DNA of 64,000 nucleotides from Trichosphaerium sp. ATCC 40318. Its lineage: Eukaryota; Protista; Tubulinea. Below are positions 41,655 to 55,500 of this stretch, one piece after another. The first letter of the stretch is position 1. Each line of letters starts with the position of its first letter. The translations under genes were made by a program, and so were the position numbers. The notes below the pieces were generated by a model. It saw only the letters and a list, made by a program, of their open reading frames with translations, was not told the DNA's origin and did no database searches. The stretch covers positions 1-64,000 of the forward strand of contig JALMLS010000186.1 of NCBI GenBank assembly GCA_038496445.1, written 5' to 3'.

Positions 41655-44600
41655 TCAGTTACTGAGAAGTGTACGTAATGCTGTTGAGACGTCAGTACCA
41701 GCGTTTGATTTCCTGCTTGGGAACTCCTTGTCCAAGTATTCGAGAATCTTATAGCATTCTCCAACTTTAACCACTTTGTGCAAGTCGGTCTTGGTCAGGT
41801 TAACCAAAGTGCTCTTCGTTACACCCTAATACAATATTGTTAGATAAATAGTTTGAATCATCGTGCAGTTGACGTACATGAGCTTCAAACGGTGTGACAC
41901 AGTGGCCAAGGTGAAGGTCCCAAAGCATTCTTCTAACATACATAATTTCTTCGATTCTTGTCTTCAGTATGGTAGTCAGCTTCTCAGTTGCGCCAGGATG
42001 TCCTTCAACCAAAGTAGCCATGGCTAAAACAACATATATTAGAAATAAACGTATAATAAAAATAGAAATTGCTGCGAACACAATACTTACACGAATCAGA
42101 TAAATGGAACAGTTGGTCTCCGTTCAAGTCCCAGAAAATAAAACTTGGCCGGAATTCAGGCATGTTAAGCTTAATAGTACAATGTTAGTCTTATTTCACT
42201 TGAATGTAAATACTAAAGTGTACCTTGTAGCACAACCAAGCGAGAATATGACGAGGTGTCCATTCCCAAAGTTTGTCTACAAAGAAAATAAGAATGATGA
42301 TCACAAAGTTCTTGTGATAAAGAAACCAAAACTCTTTTTGTTTTTCTTCACTTACGTGGTAAAGCTGCCAATTCGAGCATTGGTAGTGGTGGCTTTGGGC
42401 TACGTATATGTTAGTAGACTGAAATGTACTAAAGGTAGTGAAGTTTCACGTACATGTGAGGATCGCGAATTACAATATCAACAGGCACATCAATGAACAA
42501 GTCAAGTCTATCTGGAAGCTTTCTAAGAAAAAAAAGTAAGATCGCCGTGCCCTTGCCCATGATTCTTTTTGTTTGAACTTTGAGCACAGAACGTGTTCTA
42601 TTTTAATGATAGCTAAAAAATGACATACGGTATATCTACGCTGATACGAAGAAAGTAGTCCAGACCAAACACATTCTTTTTCACAAAAGTATGAGTAAGA
42701 GTTTTTGGTAGTTCCATGATAAACTGTTGGGTAGCCTTGTCACCAGGATACAACTATATTTTTTATATAAGTTCACAATAATCACTTTAGAGTTGATAAA
42801 ACTTAATTAAGCAAAGCTTGAGAGCAGTTGGAGGTAAACGACTCGAAGTTGTTCAGAAAAGTCAAAAAATTGAAAAAAAAACAGAGTTGCAGAAAAATCG
42901 AGGTTAGATACCTTTTTTGGGTAAAGTTTTTTATGCCATTCTAATACTGTATCAAAATCTGATACTAATTTAGAACTCATGTTCGCAGATTTTTGTTTTG
43001 AGATAAGCTTGAACTCTAATTCTTTAACTTTTCTTGAACTATCGTTTTGAAGGTCGACAAGTACTTCAATATCTTCCCAAGGAGTAAAGAAGTTCTTCTT
43101 CATTTGAGCACGAATATGGATTTTTCCTACACAGTAAGTGTCACGTGATAATTCATAATACGTCAAGTAAAAAACGTGTTTCTTTGAACTGTTGGTTTTT
43201 CTTACCACCCATCACAGACTTCTTTCCTTGCATATCAACAGGACATATTGTCTTAGAGTGAGGTGTATGGTCCATGTTAACTATACGTATATCTTTAGAG
43301 CAGGATTCATCCTCTCTGTTGACCACATCAACATCAACTTCGAGGTGATATTTAATCCTACAAATATTTAGGTTGTAATAGTACTAGTGGTCTTACACGA
43401 ATCCTTTATGGTTTATGCTTGATGGACAAGCCTTAGGAGGGTAGAATTCGAATGGGAAAGCAGTTTTACCACGTTCTACTTTCATGTAATTACCAGGTTG
43501 AAGTGCAACAAGGTTCAAAGGCTCCTTTATAATCGTGCTTATCTTCTTATTATTCTTGAACATTTTACCCTTTTGAAAAAATCAATATCAGGTTTCCGTG
43601 TTGTTATCTATAACGTACGATAAGTACAATCCACATTGATCTGATATATGTGAAGTTTTCTTCAACATTGAGAAATACAACACCTAGATACTAAAGTAAG
43701 AAAACGTTGGAACAGTTGAAGTGAACTTCTTTCGAAATGAAACGGGAAAAACTAGTTTAAAAAAAACTAGTAAAATAAAAAGTATTTATCGCACCATCAA
43801 GCGGTTCACCAGCAACGTATATCTTTTCTTCAAGCGTATTAGGACCTAATATACGTGAGATATCAAATTAACAACACTAGAGGAGGAGCTTACCTGGTGG
43901 TATACTGATATACATATTAGTCTCTTTACGCTTTCCAAGGCGTCTCAGTAGCGGTAAACCTTTAGGAGGAAGTCCTTTGGCTGCCTGTGCAGCGAACTAC
44001 GCGTATTAAGTAACAAGAAAACGAGCAGACATCGAGCAATTGCCAAAAACATCTTCTATCAACGTACCTGCGTAAAATCTTCTTGTGCTCTAGGAGAAGA
44101 GGAACCATCCGGATTTGGTACACTGGCAACAGGGACAGCACTTTTTTCTATAAGGGATGTTAGCTAGAGGCCTCTGCGAGTGACAAAAAAAACCGTTGGA
44201 AAAGTAGTTGTGATCGAACAAAAATGATATTTGTTCGTAACAACTTTACTCGCCTATTGGAGGATCAAACTCAAACCCAAGTTGTATCTCGCCGTTTGTT
44301 ACTTTCTTGCCTAAGTACACAGTGAGTTCTAAAGTGTATCTATCGAAATAAAGCGAGAAAATCAACCTTCTAGTTGAAACCAGTATTTTTTCACTCCAGC
44401 CGCATTCATGGTCTTCAGTTTACTAATATCCACACTGAAGCTACCCATTGGAGAGTCTTTAGATAGCTAGGGATAGATTTTAATGCCTACAATCCTTTTG
44501 CAACGTATTTTCGATTTCGTACCTTATCTTTATCAAAACAATCTACTACTACGCTACTGCTATCCGATACATTGAATTTGAAAGATTGATGCCAACTTGG

Positions 44601-44853
44601 GGTTAAACTCTTTTTCTTCACCCTGGTTTTCTCCTTTTTACCATCTACAGCGATCTTACAGTATGGGTCGGACGTCCCTAAGCGATTTTAGCACGTTTGG
44701 GTTTCTTTCGGGTCAAAAGGGTCTACAACGCAGGAACCGTATATAAACGCTTGAAAGTGCATGTTTTATACTTTTGAGGCGTTCTAACGTACCACCAATG
44801 TCCATAGCCATTAAATCCCTTCCAGACACTACAGTTAAATTCAAGACGCTCAT
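41655..44853 (-). CDS. C2 - arrestin - SAM protein (Dictyostelium AdcB/AdcC-like architecture)
   Basis: LTVVSGRDLMAMD..TSDPYCKI (C2). EKIYVAGEP, FPFEFYPP.ACPSS and YFLRISVD (arrestin fold). C-terminal SAM-like segments. Confidence 0.8.
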
Positions 44854-45092
44854 GTTGTTATCTTTAAACGCCTTTGACAATTTATCAATGAAGATCAAGC
44901 CTTAACACGTGCACATTCACAAATTAAAACCCGTTCCACATTAACGAAACGCAGTTCCTGATTCGGGTCTATGTGATATCCCAAAATTTAAGCACACCTA
45001 TACGATACTTTACATGCTACGTGCCCATGCACTCTTAATTAGGCTTAGGGTAAAAGTAAGAGTTCACAAAAGATTTGAAGTTTTTTAACTAG

Positions 45093-46201
45093 CTTCCCAT
45101 TCCCAAGATACTCTGAACTGAGCATTATCCACCGTGTACCCTTTCCAAGGCGTGCTTTGCAAGCCTTTTATTTGGGTTGGGTATTTTGAGTAAACCCACT
45201 GTTGTCCTTTCGGGTGGATCAAAATCCACCCTAGGACGGTTACTTGAATAATTATGGATTGGCGGTTCTGTATTCTACCTCTGGACATTCGACATATTTA
45301 CCCATGAGCATTATCGACCAAGATTCTTGTAGAGCACTGTGTACAGCTTTCTGACTAAAAACTTGTTGACAATTTTATCATAGAGCCCTATAGATACGGC
45401 GTATGTTATGAAAACAGGAGTAGCTTAGGTGCTAGCACTCACTTAAAAGCAGAGTTTTAGATTCTGGCTTGAGACAGGCCCTACTGACAAGTTTAGGTGG
45501 CGTTGGCTTACACAAGCTTCATTTAGACATGTCCGTCAACTCAGTTATTTGGACAGGCCAAAGCAGACAATAAACAAAAACTAAAGTTCATTGGAATGAT
45601 TTACAACACTTAGCTTACAAGTCATAGCTTCCACAAATAATTATTACTAGCCCATTTAACTTTATGTACACCCATCAATACCTTGGTACCCTCTTCAGTT
45701 GCATGTGTATTATATAAGGTAATAGTATGAACACCAACTAAGTACTTCAAACATTCATCTGTAATTGCAGTACCATCTAAATCAATCTCATGAACACCAG
45801 CCAATGCCTTGACACCATTATCTGTAACAGCTGTATTTGATAAATCAATTGTATGAACACCACTAAAGCCTTGATGCCCTCATCTGAAATTAAATTACAT
45901 TCTGATAAGTTAATAGTATGTACACGCTCCAATAAGTACAAGTGCCTATGATATTTTCTGAAGTCAAACAGTATCAATAGAGGTATTTTGAAGTAAAGGG
46001 CTTCCAGAAAGAAGAGATATTTCTCTGTCGCTTTTAACCATTATTACGCCATATCCAACATGGTTGTGAACAATATCTCGCAATAAACGGCATGTTTGTG
46101 CTGAGTGGAGCGTAAAAGAGCCTTGCTTCAGGATATGAACGATTATTTCTACAGGCAGGTAAATAAGGTTCAATGCGTTACTATCTTCCATAATGCAAAT
46201 G
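45093..46201. repeat. About 1-kb segment duplicated in inverted orientation at 61160-62094
   Basis: Highly similar reverse-complement sequence, including the non-coding flank. Confidence 0.85.
45622..46191 (-). pseudogene. F-box-like + LRR (GVHTIDLS-type) gene, frameshifted
   Basis: LPVEIIVHI, then AGVHEIDLDGTAITDECLKYL repeats, split over three ORFs by frameshifts. Confidence 0.75.
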
Positions 46202-46895
46202 TAAACAAGATCGTTAAATCTGAGATCAACTTAACACCTTTTTTTGTCAATGGCTCGGCTTTATCAACTTTATCAAATGAACTGTGCATCCACCTAACCT
46301 ATTGTGAATATTGAACTTTTTAACAGCAAGACCATAAGTTAAGTACCTTTGAAGACATGGCGTAGCAAACTGGAAAACCTAGCCAGTGTAGTCTATCCTC
46401 TCCGTAGTTAGTGATTGGTAAGAACGTGAGACGGTGTTTGGCCTATATTTGGCACAACAAATTCCACGCAAGCATAAGGAGATGGGTAGCGAAGTGGCGG
46501 TGGAGGATGTTGCTGAAGAGTTTATTGACTAGCTTACAGGTTACGGAGAAGTTGCACGATAAAGAGTGCAATTAAGAGTGCAATTGGAAGTGAATGGTCA
46601 AGCTACTTCCCTTTTCGCAAGAATAAGACTTGTGGAGATTTCTTCGCGGCAAAACCAGCATTAAAATGAAAGAAAAATGTACTGGGTGAAAACAAATGCA
46701 GCCGCTATGTTGAGCCGTTAGAAAATCACTAAACAGAGTAAGTGTGCTGTAGGTTCGGAGGCAGAAACCATAGTCTTAATTTCCCACTAAGTCACATTTT
46801 TTAAAGGCGTATAACCAAAGCCATTGGTTTGCCTGTATTCGTTACATAGCCCTCAACGCAAATAAGGCACTAGCGTGAAGGTATACGCACTTTTA

Positions 46896-48372
46896 ATGGA
46901 AAAATATACTGAAAGCTATCAGCTCGCCTTTAAGCTTATCGGCACATGTTTGTGGGGATTTTTGCTAGGTAGGACTACTTTCTTTTTTTACTTTCAGACA
47001 CGTGCGATTCTAATGTTGAAAAAGTGTTCATAGTGCCTTTGTATGTCTGTCAATACGACTATTTGAGGTAAGTAACGCAAGTAACTCAAAATTTGCCGTA
47101 CACGTTTTTTTTGGCTCAACAATGCTACCACGTGATTTCGTAGCGTTTTTCTACAAAATTACATCTGTAACGCTCAAGTCTAAAAAAGAACTAGAACAAA
47201 ATGTAAACAGCAAAAAAACACAAGCTCTGCGTTGGAACAACGCAAAGTCTTCATGTTTGTTTTTTATTCACAACAGTTGTTTATTTAGATACGGTGGTGG
47301 TTCTGCACAAACGATAATGCGTATACAACGAGCGACGATGGTTTTAGCGGTTGTAGGTGCGCATGCCTGAGTTGGTTTTTCCCCTCGTACAAAAAAAACG
47401 GAGTGACATTGAAAACAAGTGCGATTGACTTGGTATGGCATCGACCCTCTCGAAACAAGGAATATTCTACCAATAGGTTTAAATGGTCTACTGTTTGCTA
47501 TCGGCGTTTGGTTAATGTACGTACAGTAACAACTTGGTTGCGTTCTGTGCTAATGCAATTTTTTTTTGATAGTGACACGTCATGGGCATTGAACCTATTG
47601 AGGTATACTCAATGTCTTTGGAAGCTCAACAAACGTGTTGCTGGCTGGGTATATTTAACAAAGATATTGATTATATTCTTGATGATATCAGACCTTGTTA
47701 TTCAAGTTGGCTTTAATGTTACTTTGAACACGCTTCTAGTTCAAAAAAAAATCAAACAGAGGCAAGACATGCTGATTATATATTACACCGTTGTTACCAT
47801 AGAGATATTGGGATATGGTGTACTAGGTTTAATTACTCTTTTTGGGATACTGAGAATACCAAGCAACTTCAGATCAACAGCGACAAAACTCATTATTGTA
47901 AAGGTACTTAAAAAAAAAAGGAATTTAAAACAAATCCTCAACACTGTTTTCTTTCAAGGTCCGGGCATTCCTCATTTTAGGTGCTACCTTTATCATTGCA
48001 TATATTATTGAACTTTCAACTGGTGCTGCTATAAAATCATACAGATCAAAATGGTGGAGATTTATAGTAAGACTCATTTTTCTGATTTTTTTCTGATTTT
48101 TTCTTTATTGTGTTTCTGAGTTTTATTAGATAACACGAAGTACTGAGTGGGCGTTTTGTGCAGCTATTGTTGGATTAACATGTTGGCGTCAAAAAGTTAG
48201 AGGTTCAATGTCTATGTCTACTGCATCTTATAACTCAACCTCATATTGGCCAGAAGATGAAGAGCGCTCAGATATTGAAGCTGAAGAAGATGACAATTAT
48301 CAACGTAAAAATACTTCTGTTCTTGTTACACTAGAGCATACTGAGATAAGTAAATTAAACGTTACATTGTAA
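46896..48372 (+). CDS. 7TM receptor-like protein, paralogue A
   Basis: About seven hydrophobic segments over seven exons. RLTWYGIDPL and WALNLLRYTQCLWK are conserved across paralogues. Ser/acidic tail. Confidence 0.7.
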
Positions 48373-49126
48373 TACGTCTCTATTTTTGACTACTAGAATA
48401 TGTTGCTTGTGTACATGTTACCGCAACACATCATACCTTCATTCATTCTAACATTGTTACACCACTATCAGGTACCTGTACTTACAATTGCGTCATTTGT
48501 CAACACAAATAATACGTAATCTTTAAACGTCTGATTATACCATCTGCATAGTAGAACTAGCCCGGTTGAGTATTATCATACCACATTCTACATTGATTGT
48601 ATGAGTATAATGACAGTATAAATAAGTATTTTACTGGCGTTTGATAAGTGAGAGGTAGTTGTTTAAGTACGGTAGTATCGTAAAACAACATCAGCAAGTA
48701 GCAGTTCTATACAATGGCAGATTACGATTCAAAAAGTTTTTGTGTTGGTTGATTGAATGTTTCAATTGATTTATGTAATTTGTTGTATATGTACAAGAGA
48801 TAACTCCAATTTAATAAATGGGAAGGGTCTCTGGCTACGTGATCCAGGGGATCGAAGCTGAGTGAGACGTATTCTCTCCTCCAATCTGGTATTGTAGATC
48901 AACAAGAACGCGTGAATCTAACTGGATTTATGAAAAATCTTGCTGGTGTACAAAACCATTGATTTATCTGATACACACGCAACAGATGATTGGCTTGCTC
49001 CACATTCTAAACACTTTTTATTAATACTTGGCATTGTTTGTCCATGATATACAATTTATTTCCGAGTTATTCAAACGACATGTCTAATGCTCAAAAACAG
49101 TACTACATGCTTTTTTGTCTATTTAG

Positions 49127-50667
49127 TTAATCTTGTTGATGTCCTAAAGGAAAAAGAATAGAGGTGGAGTTCCGCTGACACGTGTTTTCATCGTCAATAC
49201 CTTGGTTTTCAAAACAGTCATCAGTGTCTGGCCAGTAATTTGTTGAGTTATAAGAAGATACTGTCGTGGATTGATATACTGGTTCTATTACTCTTTTCCT
49301 CCAACTTGTCAATAATACAATGGTAGTACAATATGACCACTGTGAAATAAGGGACGTCTACAAAAAATAATTAACTCCAAATTTGGTTTTTTGTTTTCTT
49401 ACTATGGGTCTCCACGGCTTGTTTCTAAATTTTTTCCAAAACGTTAATGCTAACAAATCAAGCCAATATATGCAAACCATGATAGTACCCAATACGAGGA
49501 ATGCTTGGACCTTGAAAGTAATATAAACTAGTAAGAAACAGTTGGTTTTCATAAAAGATATGTTTTTCACAAAAGATGTTAAGGTTTGGGTCAATACCCT
49601 AACCAGCTACAACCGGCAAAAAGGCAGAACCAGGTAATGTCGAAAAGTACAAGGATTAAAAAGCTACGTGTAATTTCCTTGAAATCAACAAATCGACTTA
49701 ATTTCTTAGGCAAAGCGACCAATCTCTAAATTTTACCAGCAGTTTAATGGAGAAAAGTCAGTTGTTACCTTTGAGATTATAATCTGTGTTGCTGGTGATC
49801 TAAGATCCTTTTTTATTCTCATCACTTCCCGAAGAGTTATGTAGCCAATAGTAAAATATACGAGCACTTCTATTGTCAAAAAACAGTGGAAGCCAATAGA
49901 AAGGGAGTATGTCTTGTGTATCTTATTTTCATACCAAAGAATGCTCAATATGACACTGTAAATAACTTGACTAACAAGGTCTGATATTATCAAGACAATA
50001 ATTATGGTATTGATTAAATGTTCACAACCAGTGGCTCGTTTGTTGAGCTTCCAAAGACATTGAGTATACCTCAATAGGTTCAATGCCCAAGCAGTGTTAC
50101 TAAAATATAAGTTAGCGTCTCACCCGTCCTGCATGTTGTGCGCACATAAGCCAGATACAGACACCAAGAATTAAACCGTTCACACTTATTGGCATAATTT
50201 TTCTCACTCCAAGCGGGTCAATACCATAGAAAGTCAATCGAACTGAAATGTTCGTCATTAATAAACTTATAAATTCATTTTTAGGCATACGTAAAACTCC
50301 TACTATGATCGCTGCTCGTTGTAGGCGCATCAATATCTTTGTAGAACCACCTCCATGTCTACAGAAAAAAAACCTTGCTGTTAGTAAAAACAAACAGTAA
50401 CGTGCCTATGTGGTAAAAAGCACGTGGGTTTAAGCAGTTTGAATATCACCAAGAGGAAAAAACCGTTAGTTTACCTCAAGTAATCGTATTGACAGACATA
50501 CACCGGTACAATAAACACTGTATCAACGCATTAAGAAAACAAGCCATAAAAACGAGAAAATTAAGAAAAACAAACCATAAAAAATGAGTTGTACCAAGCA
50601 ACAATCCCCATAAACTAGCCCCAGTAAGTTTAAAAGCGATTTGAAAGCGCTCACTGTACTGTTCCAT
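49127..50667 (-). CDS. 7TM receptor-like protein, paralogue B
   Basis: Same exon structure as paralogue A, in convergent orientation. Confidence 0.7.
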
Positions 50668-51479
50668 TTACAATGACTTTTTTTCCTATTCTAGTTGAGT
50701 CAACTGTTTTATAAACGTAAAGTTCACACTGTTTCTCCTCGCGCACTTTAGGATATTTTGCTATCTTGTCAACACCTTAGCACCGATAATTCGGTTGGGT
50801 ATTACGGTCATGTACACGTTATCTAGAAACCTGGGTTTGCTGTATGCAGAAAAGTAAGTAAAGATAAACAATCGTTCCTGAACATCCTATTTTTAAGCTA
50901 CATGGACTCCCAGAAAGACCTTACTACATGGATGGTTTTAACCTAAAATAACATGGCAATAAAAACAATGGATCTTTATTTTTTGTTCCTCTTTTTCAGC
51001 TCCAGTGGAACAATAATAGAAGTGTTATTTTTCTCTTTAATACCCAATTGATTTTCAAAACAGTCATCATGTTCTGGCCAGTAGTTCGTTGATTGTTGAT
51101 AAGATGTAGTTGTAGATTCATAATTTGGTTCTGTAACTCTTTGTCTCCAACATGTCAATACTACAATAGCTGTACAAAATGACCAGTGTGTAATGAGGGA
51201 CATCTAAACAATAATTTAGCTACAAGCAAAATAAAAGACATGTCATTTTTTTTCATTCTTACAAAATTTCTCCACCATGTAAATCCGGTGACAGGTAGTA
51301 TGTCAACTTCTGTCAATTTTTTTTGGTCAACTTTCTGTGAACCTGTTCTCAACCTCTTCAGCTGTTTTTTTATTATTAACAAAGCATATCCTGTGAAGCG
51401 CATATATATTGCTTAGGTTGAAAGACCTTTAATATTACGTTTCATGAAATACCTACAGTAATAATTGCTGACACAAAAA

Positions 51480-52408
51480 CAGGGCTGAAACTAAACAAGG
51501 CTTTGCCTTAAATATGAAGGCATTTTTTTAAAATCAGGCATTGATGGCAAAAATCAGGCATGCAAAAATGACAATGCCTGATTTTGCAAAGGCAATGGCA
51601 GAAAAGGCAAAAATCAGGCATTGAAATAAGGCTTTGTTGGGCAATGCCTTAATTGTTGCAATGCCTTGTTTTTTTTAGGCAATGCCTGCCCTAGTTTTTT
51701 TATGCATTGCCAGCCTTAAATTTACAGGCACCAATTAGGCATTGGTTGTGTACACATTGTACATTAAGGATACATTGGTTTAAGGTAAGTTTCCACCACA
51801 CCAACACTTCCTAAACATTTTTTTTCATTTACTACTGACGTTTTATATAGACGACGTCGCCACACTCTTAGTATTTTATAGATTCTAACGAAACCACTGC
51901 CATTCAAACCGCAGCACCCAAATGCACCTACAATAGGAGTATAGGTACTTTAAACCATTTTTCCAGTCCGCGAAAATTATACCAATAATTTGTTAATTTT
52001 TTTTTCTAGCTAAAGGTTTTTATTCACATGGAGGACATTGAAGTTTTTTGTGTTTTGTGTACTGTACTTTAATAAATGAATCACTATTGTATGCCTATAT
52101 AAAGCCTTGTTTTATGAGTATATAGTGCCTGGGTTATGCCCAAAAATTGAGGGCAAAAATGCCTTATTGTTGCACTAAAAATGAGGCATTATTGGACCAA
52201 CAATGCAGGCTATTTTAAGGCTAATTAGTGAACCAGTTGCTTGCTATTTGGCCCAAATATGAGGCTTCAAAGCCCAAAATTACAAGGCAATGCCTCATAT
52301 TTGCTCATTTTTTTTGGCAAAAACAAGGCAATTTGGTGAAAAATAAGGCTGTATTTGGTGGCAAAAAAAAGGCTTTTGCAAAAAAAGCCTTATTTAGTTT
52401 CAGCCCTG
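51480..52408. mobile_element. hAT-like non-autonomous element (MITE)
   Basis: 23-bp TIR CAGGGCTGAAACTAAA(C/T)AAGGCT with one mismatch. Dense AGGCAT/GGCAATGCC subterminal repeats. No credible ORF and no TSD. Confidence 0.75.
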
Positions 52409-55400
52409 AAGTTGACAGAAAGTTGACCAAAAAATCAGTAAGTAGTTGGTAGAAATGAAGCCCCGAACCACAACTAAGCTATTTAAAAACAAACCAAGAA
52501 CTTCACCGTTTATATATATACTACAGGCGTCTCATCAGCTACAAGTAAACGCCACAATAGAGGAGGAAATGAAGTTTATTAAAGTTTGGTAGCAAGGTAT
52601 TTTTTCATTGATTTTTTTTTGATTATGATTGTTTTATTCTTTCGAAGCTATGAGCAAAGTTAATAGCTTAAATTTACCCAAGATTCTAACCTTTAATGGC
52701 ACTGTAAGGCGTTGGTTATGTTGAAGGCGTTGTTTTTTTTCTTTTTGGATTCTTTTAGCTTCTTTAGCTTCTCTCGCAGCTTTTTGTTGTGCTTTTAATT
52801 TTAGCAGTGGAGTATTAAGCCGTTTCACTAAACAACATTATAAGCAAAAGTTAATGTAACATTAGCACATGCACCGCTTTTGGATTTTCTCAGCTTGCTC
52901 TTTGCGCCTCTTCTCTGTGACAGCTTTGGGAGTGCCAACAGGTATTCTTTCTACTGTACGCATGCCATCCTTTAAGCTGCACTTTGCATAGTTTGCCAGA
53001 GAAGAAAACACAACATCACAAGCTCGCTTAGTAGTACCCTCAAATGTTAACACATTCTTGACATCACAGTTGTTGCCCTCACTGATATTATTCGTTCGGC
53101 AGTGCTCCCAAGGCGTATTCTTAACAGTCCAAAGAGCCCAAGTAGATGGAGGAGAGCTAGTAAAAAAAAAAGTTTAAAACGAAAAGTAAGGAAAAAATAA
53201 GAAAAAGGTTGTGGTATGAATTATGTAGTGTACTCGGTTATTTCGTTTGCAACCTCAATGTAAGTATTAGCTAAGTATTTAATAAATTGTTTGCAGTCAT
53301 CACTCTTCTCAATCACTTCTTTTTTAAAGGCGTGCCATTTACGATAGAATGCTTTCTCATTTTTTTCATATATCAGCTCAGAAGAAACAAGCTTACACCA
53401 TCTATTCTCTTCTTCACGCCCTTCTTTTTTCAATCCTAGCCTTGCTCGCCTTCGTCTATGAGCTTCTGCTATATGGTAAATACACTGGGCTATTTTTAAG
53501 GGTCCCAGTACATTTGTAGCGGCTAAACAAATATTACTAGTTGTAAAACAAATGTTGGCAAAAAAAGTACCTCTTTTCATGTTTGTCTCTCCATCAGTCA
53601 TCAAACGCTCAAAAGGAGCACCACATACACTCTTTAGGTGCATAAACGCGTATTCATACTCTGCCAGTGTTTTATTCTTCATAATGGCGAAGCTAATACA
53701 AGTTCCTTTGGTGTAGTGTTCACCAACAGCCTTTACCCAAAAAAACAAAACCTAACGTAAAATATATGAGCTAAGAAATCTTGTTTACTTTTACTACACG
53801 TACTTGAGCGTTAATATCCGCAATGCCAAAGGTGCCATCAACAAAAAGGACACTGGTATCAAGGTTGCATATATTTTTTTGTCACAATCTGGCTCGACAA
53901 ATGGGTGACATGCAAAATCGCCACTTTTTGTTGCCACTTTTTTTGGTGTTTTTTTTTTTTGTTTGTAGTTAACGTGTTATGTGTAGGCGTTGGTTGTTGA
54001 TTCAAACAGCGGAAGGTACAGTACCATGAACGGCTAGGCAAAAAAGGTGGAGATTTCCTTTCGCATAGTCAGTTTGGGTCATTGTGGTGAGGAACGGGCT
54101 GTCTTCCCTTTATATATGGTTTAAATACTCTCAACTGGTTTTTTAACCTGTAATTTATTAATAAAGCCCAATTTTACAAAAAAAAAAACAGTTTTGTTGT
54201 ACCTTCACGTGATTTTTGTCGCCGGCTGTACTATAGAAAAAAAAATAAAAATAAAAAATTATTGTAATGTACAATACCTGCCTATTCAGAGTTATAAGAA
54301 TGTGATGAGTGTAGTGTGCTGCGTGAAAACTCAATAAATTCGCAGTCTTACAACCGTGTAGCCTAATGGAGGCGTAAATGGAGAAAAGACTATGAGGCAT
54401 AAACCAAATCAGATTCCCCCATAAACGCTAGGCGATTTACCTGCGCGGAAGGACAAGGAAAAAATTTGAGTGAAATGCGCCTGCAGAAATCGCATCTCTT
54501 TCCCTTGGCACAATCGAGAAAACAAAAAAGAATCAGTCGAATGCAAATGCATTTGAAGAAAATGCAGCTAAGCGTGACGTCTGAAAGCCCTTTTGTTGTA
54601 CCCGATGAACAAGCCCACAGGGAGTGCACGGTGACCATGGGTTCCGCCCATCGTGTAGCACATTTATGGTGACTGACTATCACGCCCAAGCAACACTCCC
54701 AAAATACAGGAGTGCGCTCAAGTGTGATGGTAAGCATGAGGACCTAGGATGCTGTCATCTTCTACCACGTAAGCCCCTATGAAACATGTGTAATAAACAT
54801 AGCAACATAGGCAGTGGTAATCAACTTCTGGCTCCAACACAACCTTTCGTCTGAGGTGATGACAGTGTTCTGTAGTTACAGAACACTGTTTATCAAGGCA
54901 TAACGAAAAGGGGTATGTGGTAATTGCAGCTTTAATACTGTGTCCACTCCCAGAATGAAGAGTTCTCTTCTATCATTATAACGCATGTTTTAGTACAAAG
55001 CGTAGAAATGTTAATCGAGTTCTTGGGTTATGAGACTGTACTCTCAAAGATACAGCAACACAACCACTTCAATAGTATGTGATGTTAGTGGCACAAAATA
55101 CTCTCAAGTGCTTTGTATCATTAGAACACAGACATTGTCACAATACAATATTGTCCTGAGTGGATCAATGTTTATTGTACAACATGGACACCTGTACTCC
55201 TCCTTCATCTTATCTCTGTCAAATGAAATGACAGATTGATAAAGAGATGTCGATCGAGTCATTGTCCATTAGACATGTTGAAAATTGTAGCCCTGAGTGG
55301 GCAAACAGTTCAATACAACATGAGCTGAAGCCCTTGAGTGGGCAACAACTACTTGTGTACCAAAGCACATGTTCTTTTCTAGCATTAGAACGCTCGTTTG

Positions 55401-55500
55401 GAGTGTAGAAATGATAAGTGTTGCTTTCATCACATAGTCTACAACCTTCATAACATAGCATCATGCTTGATGTGCTCTTTTAACATTACAACACCAACAA

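Noticed and set aside
54390-55464. Ulp1 protease or PHD accessory gene as in some MULEs
   Set aside because: No catalytic or PHD motif could be assembled.
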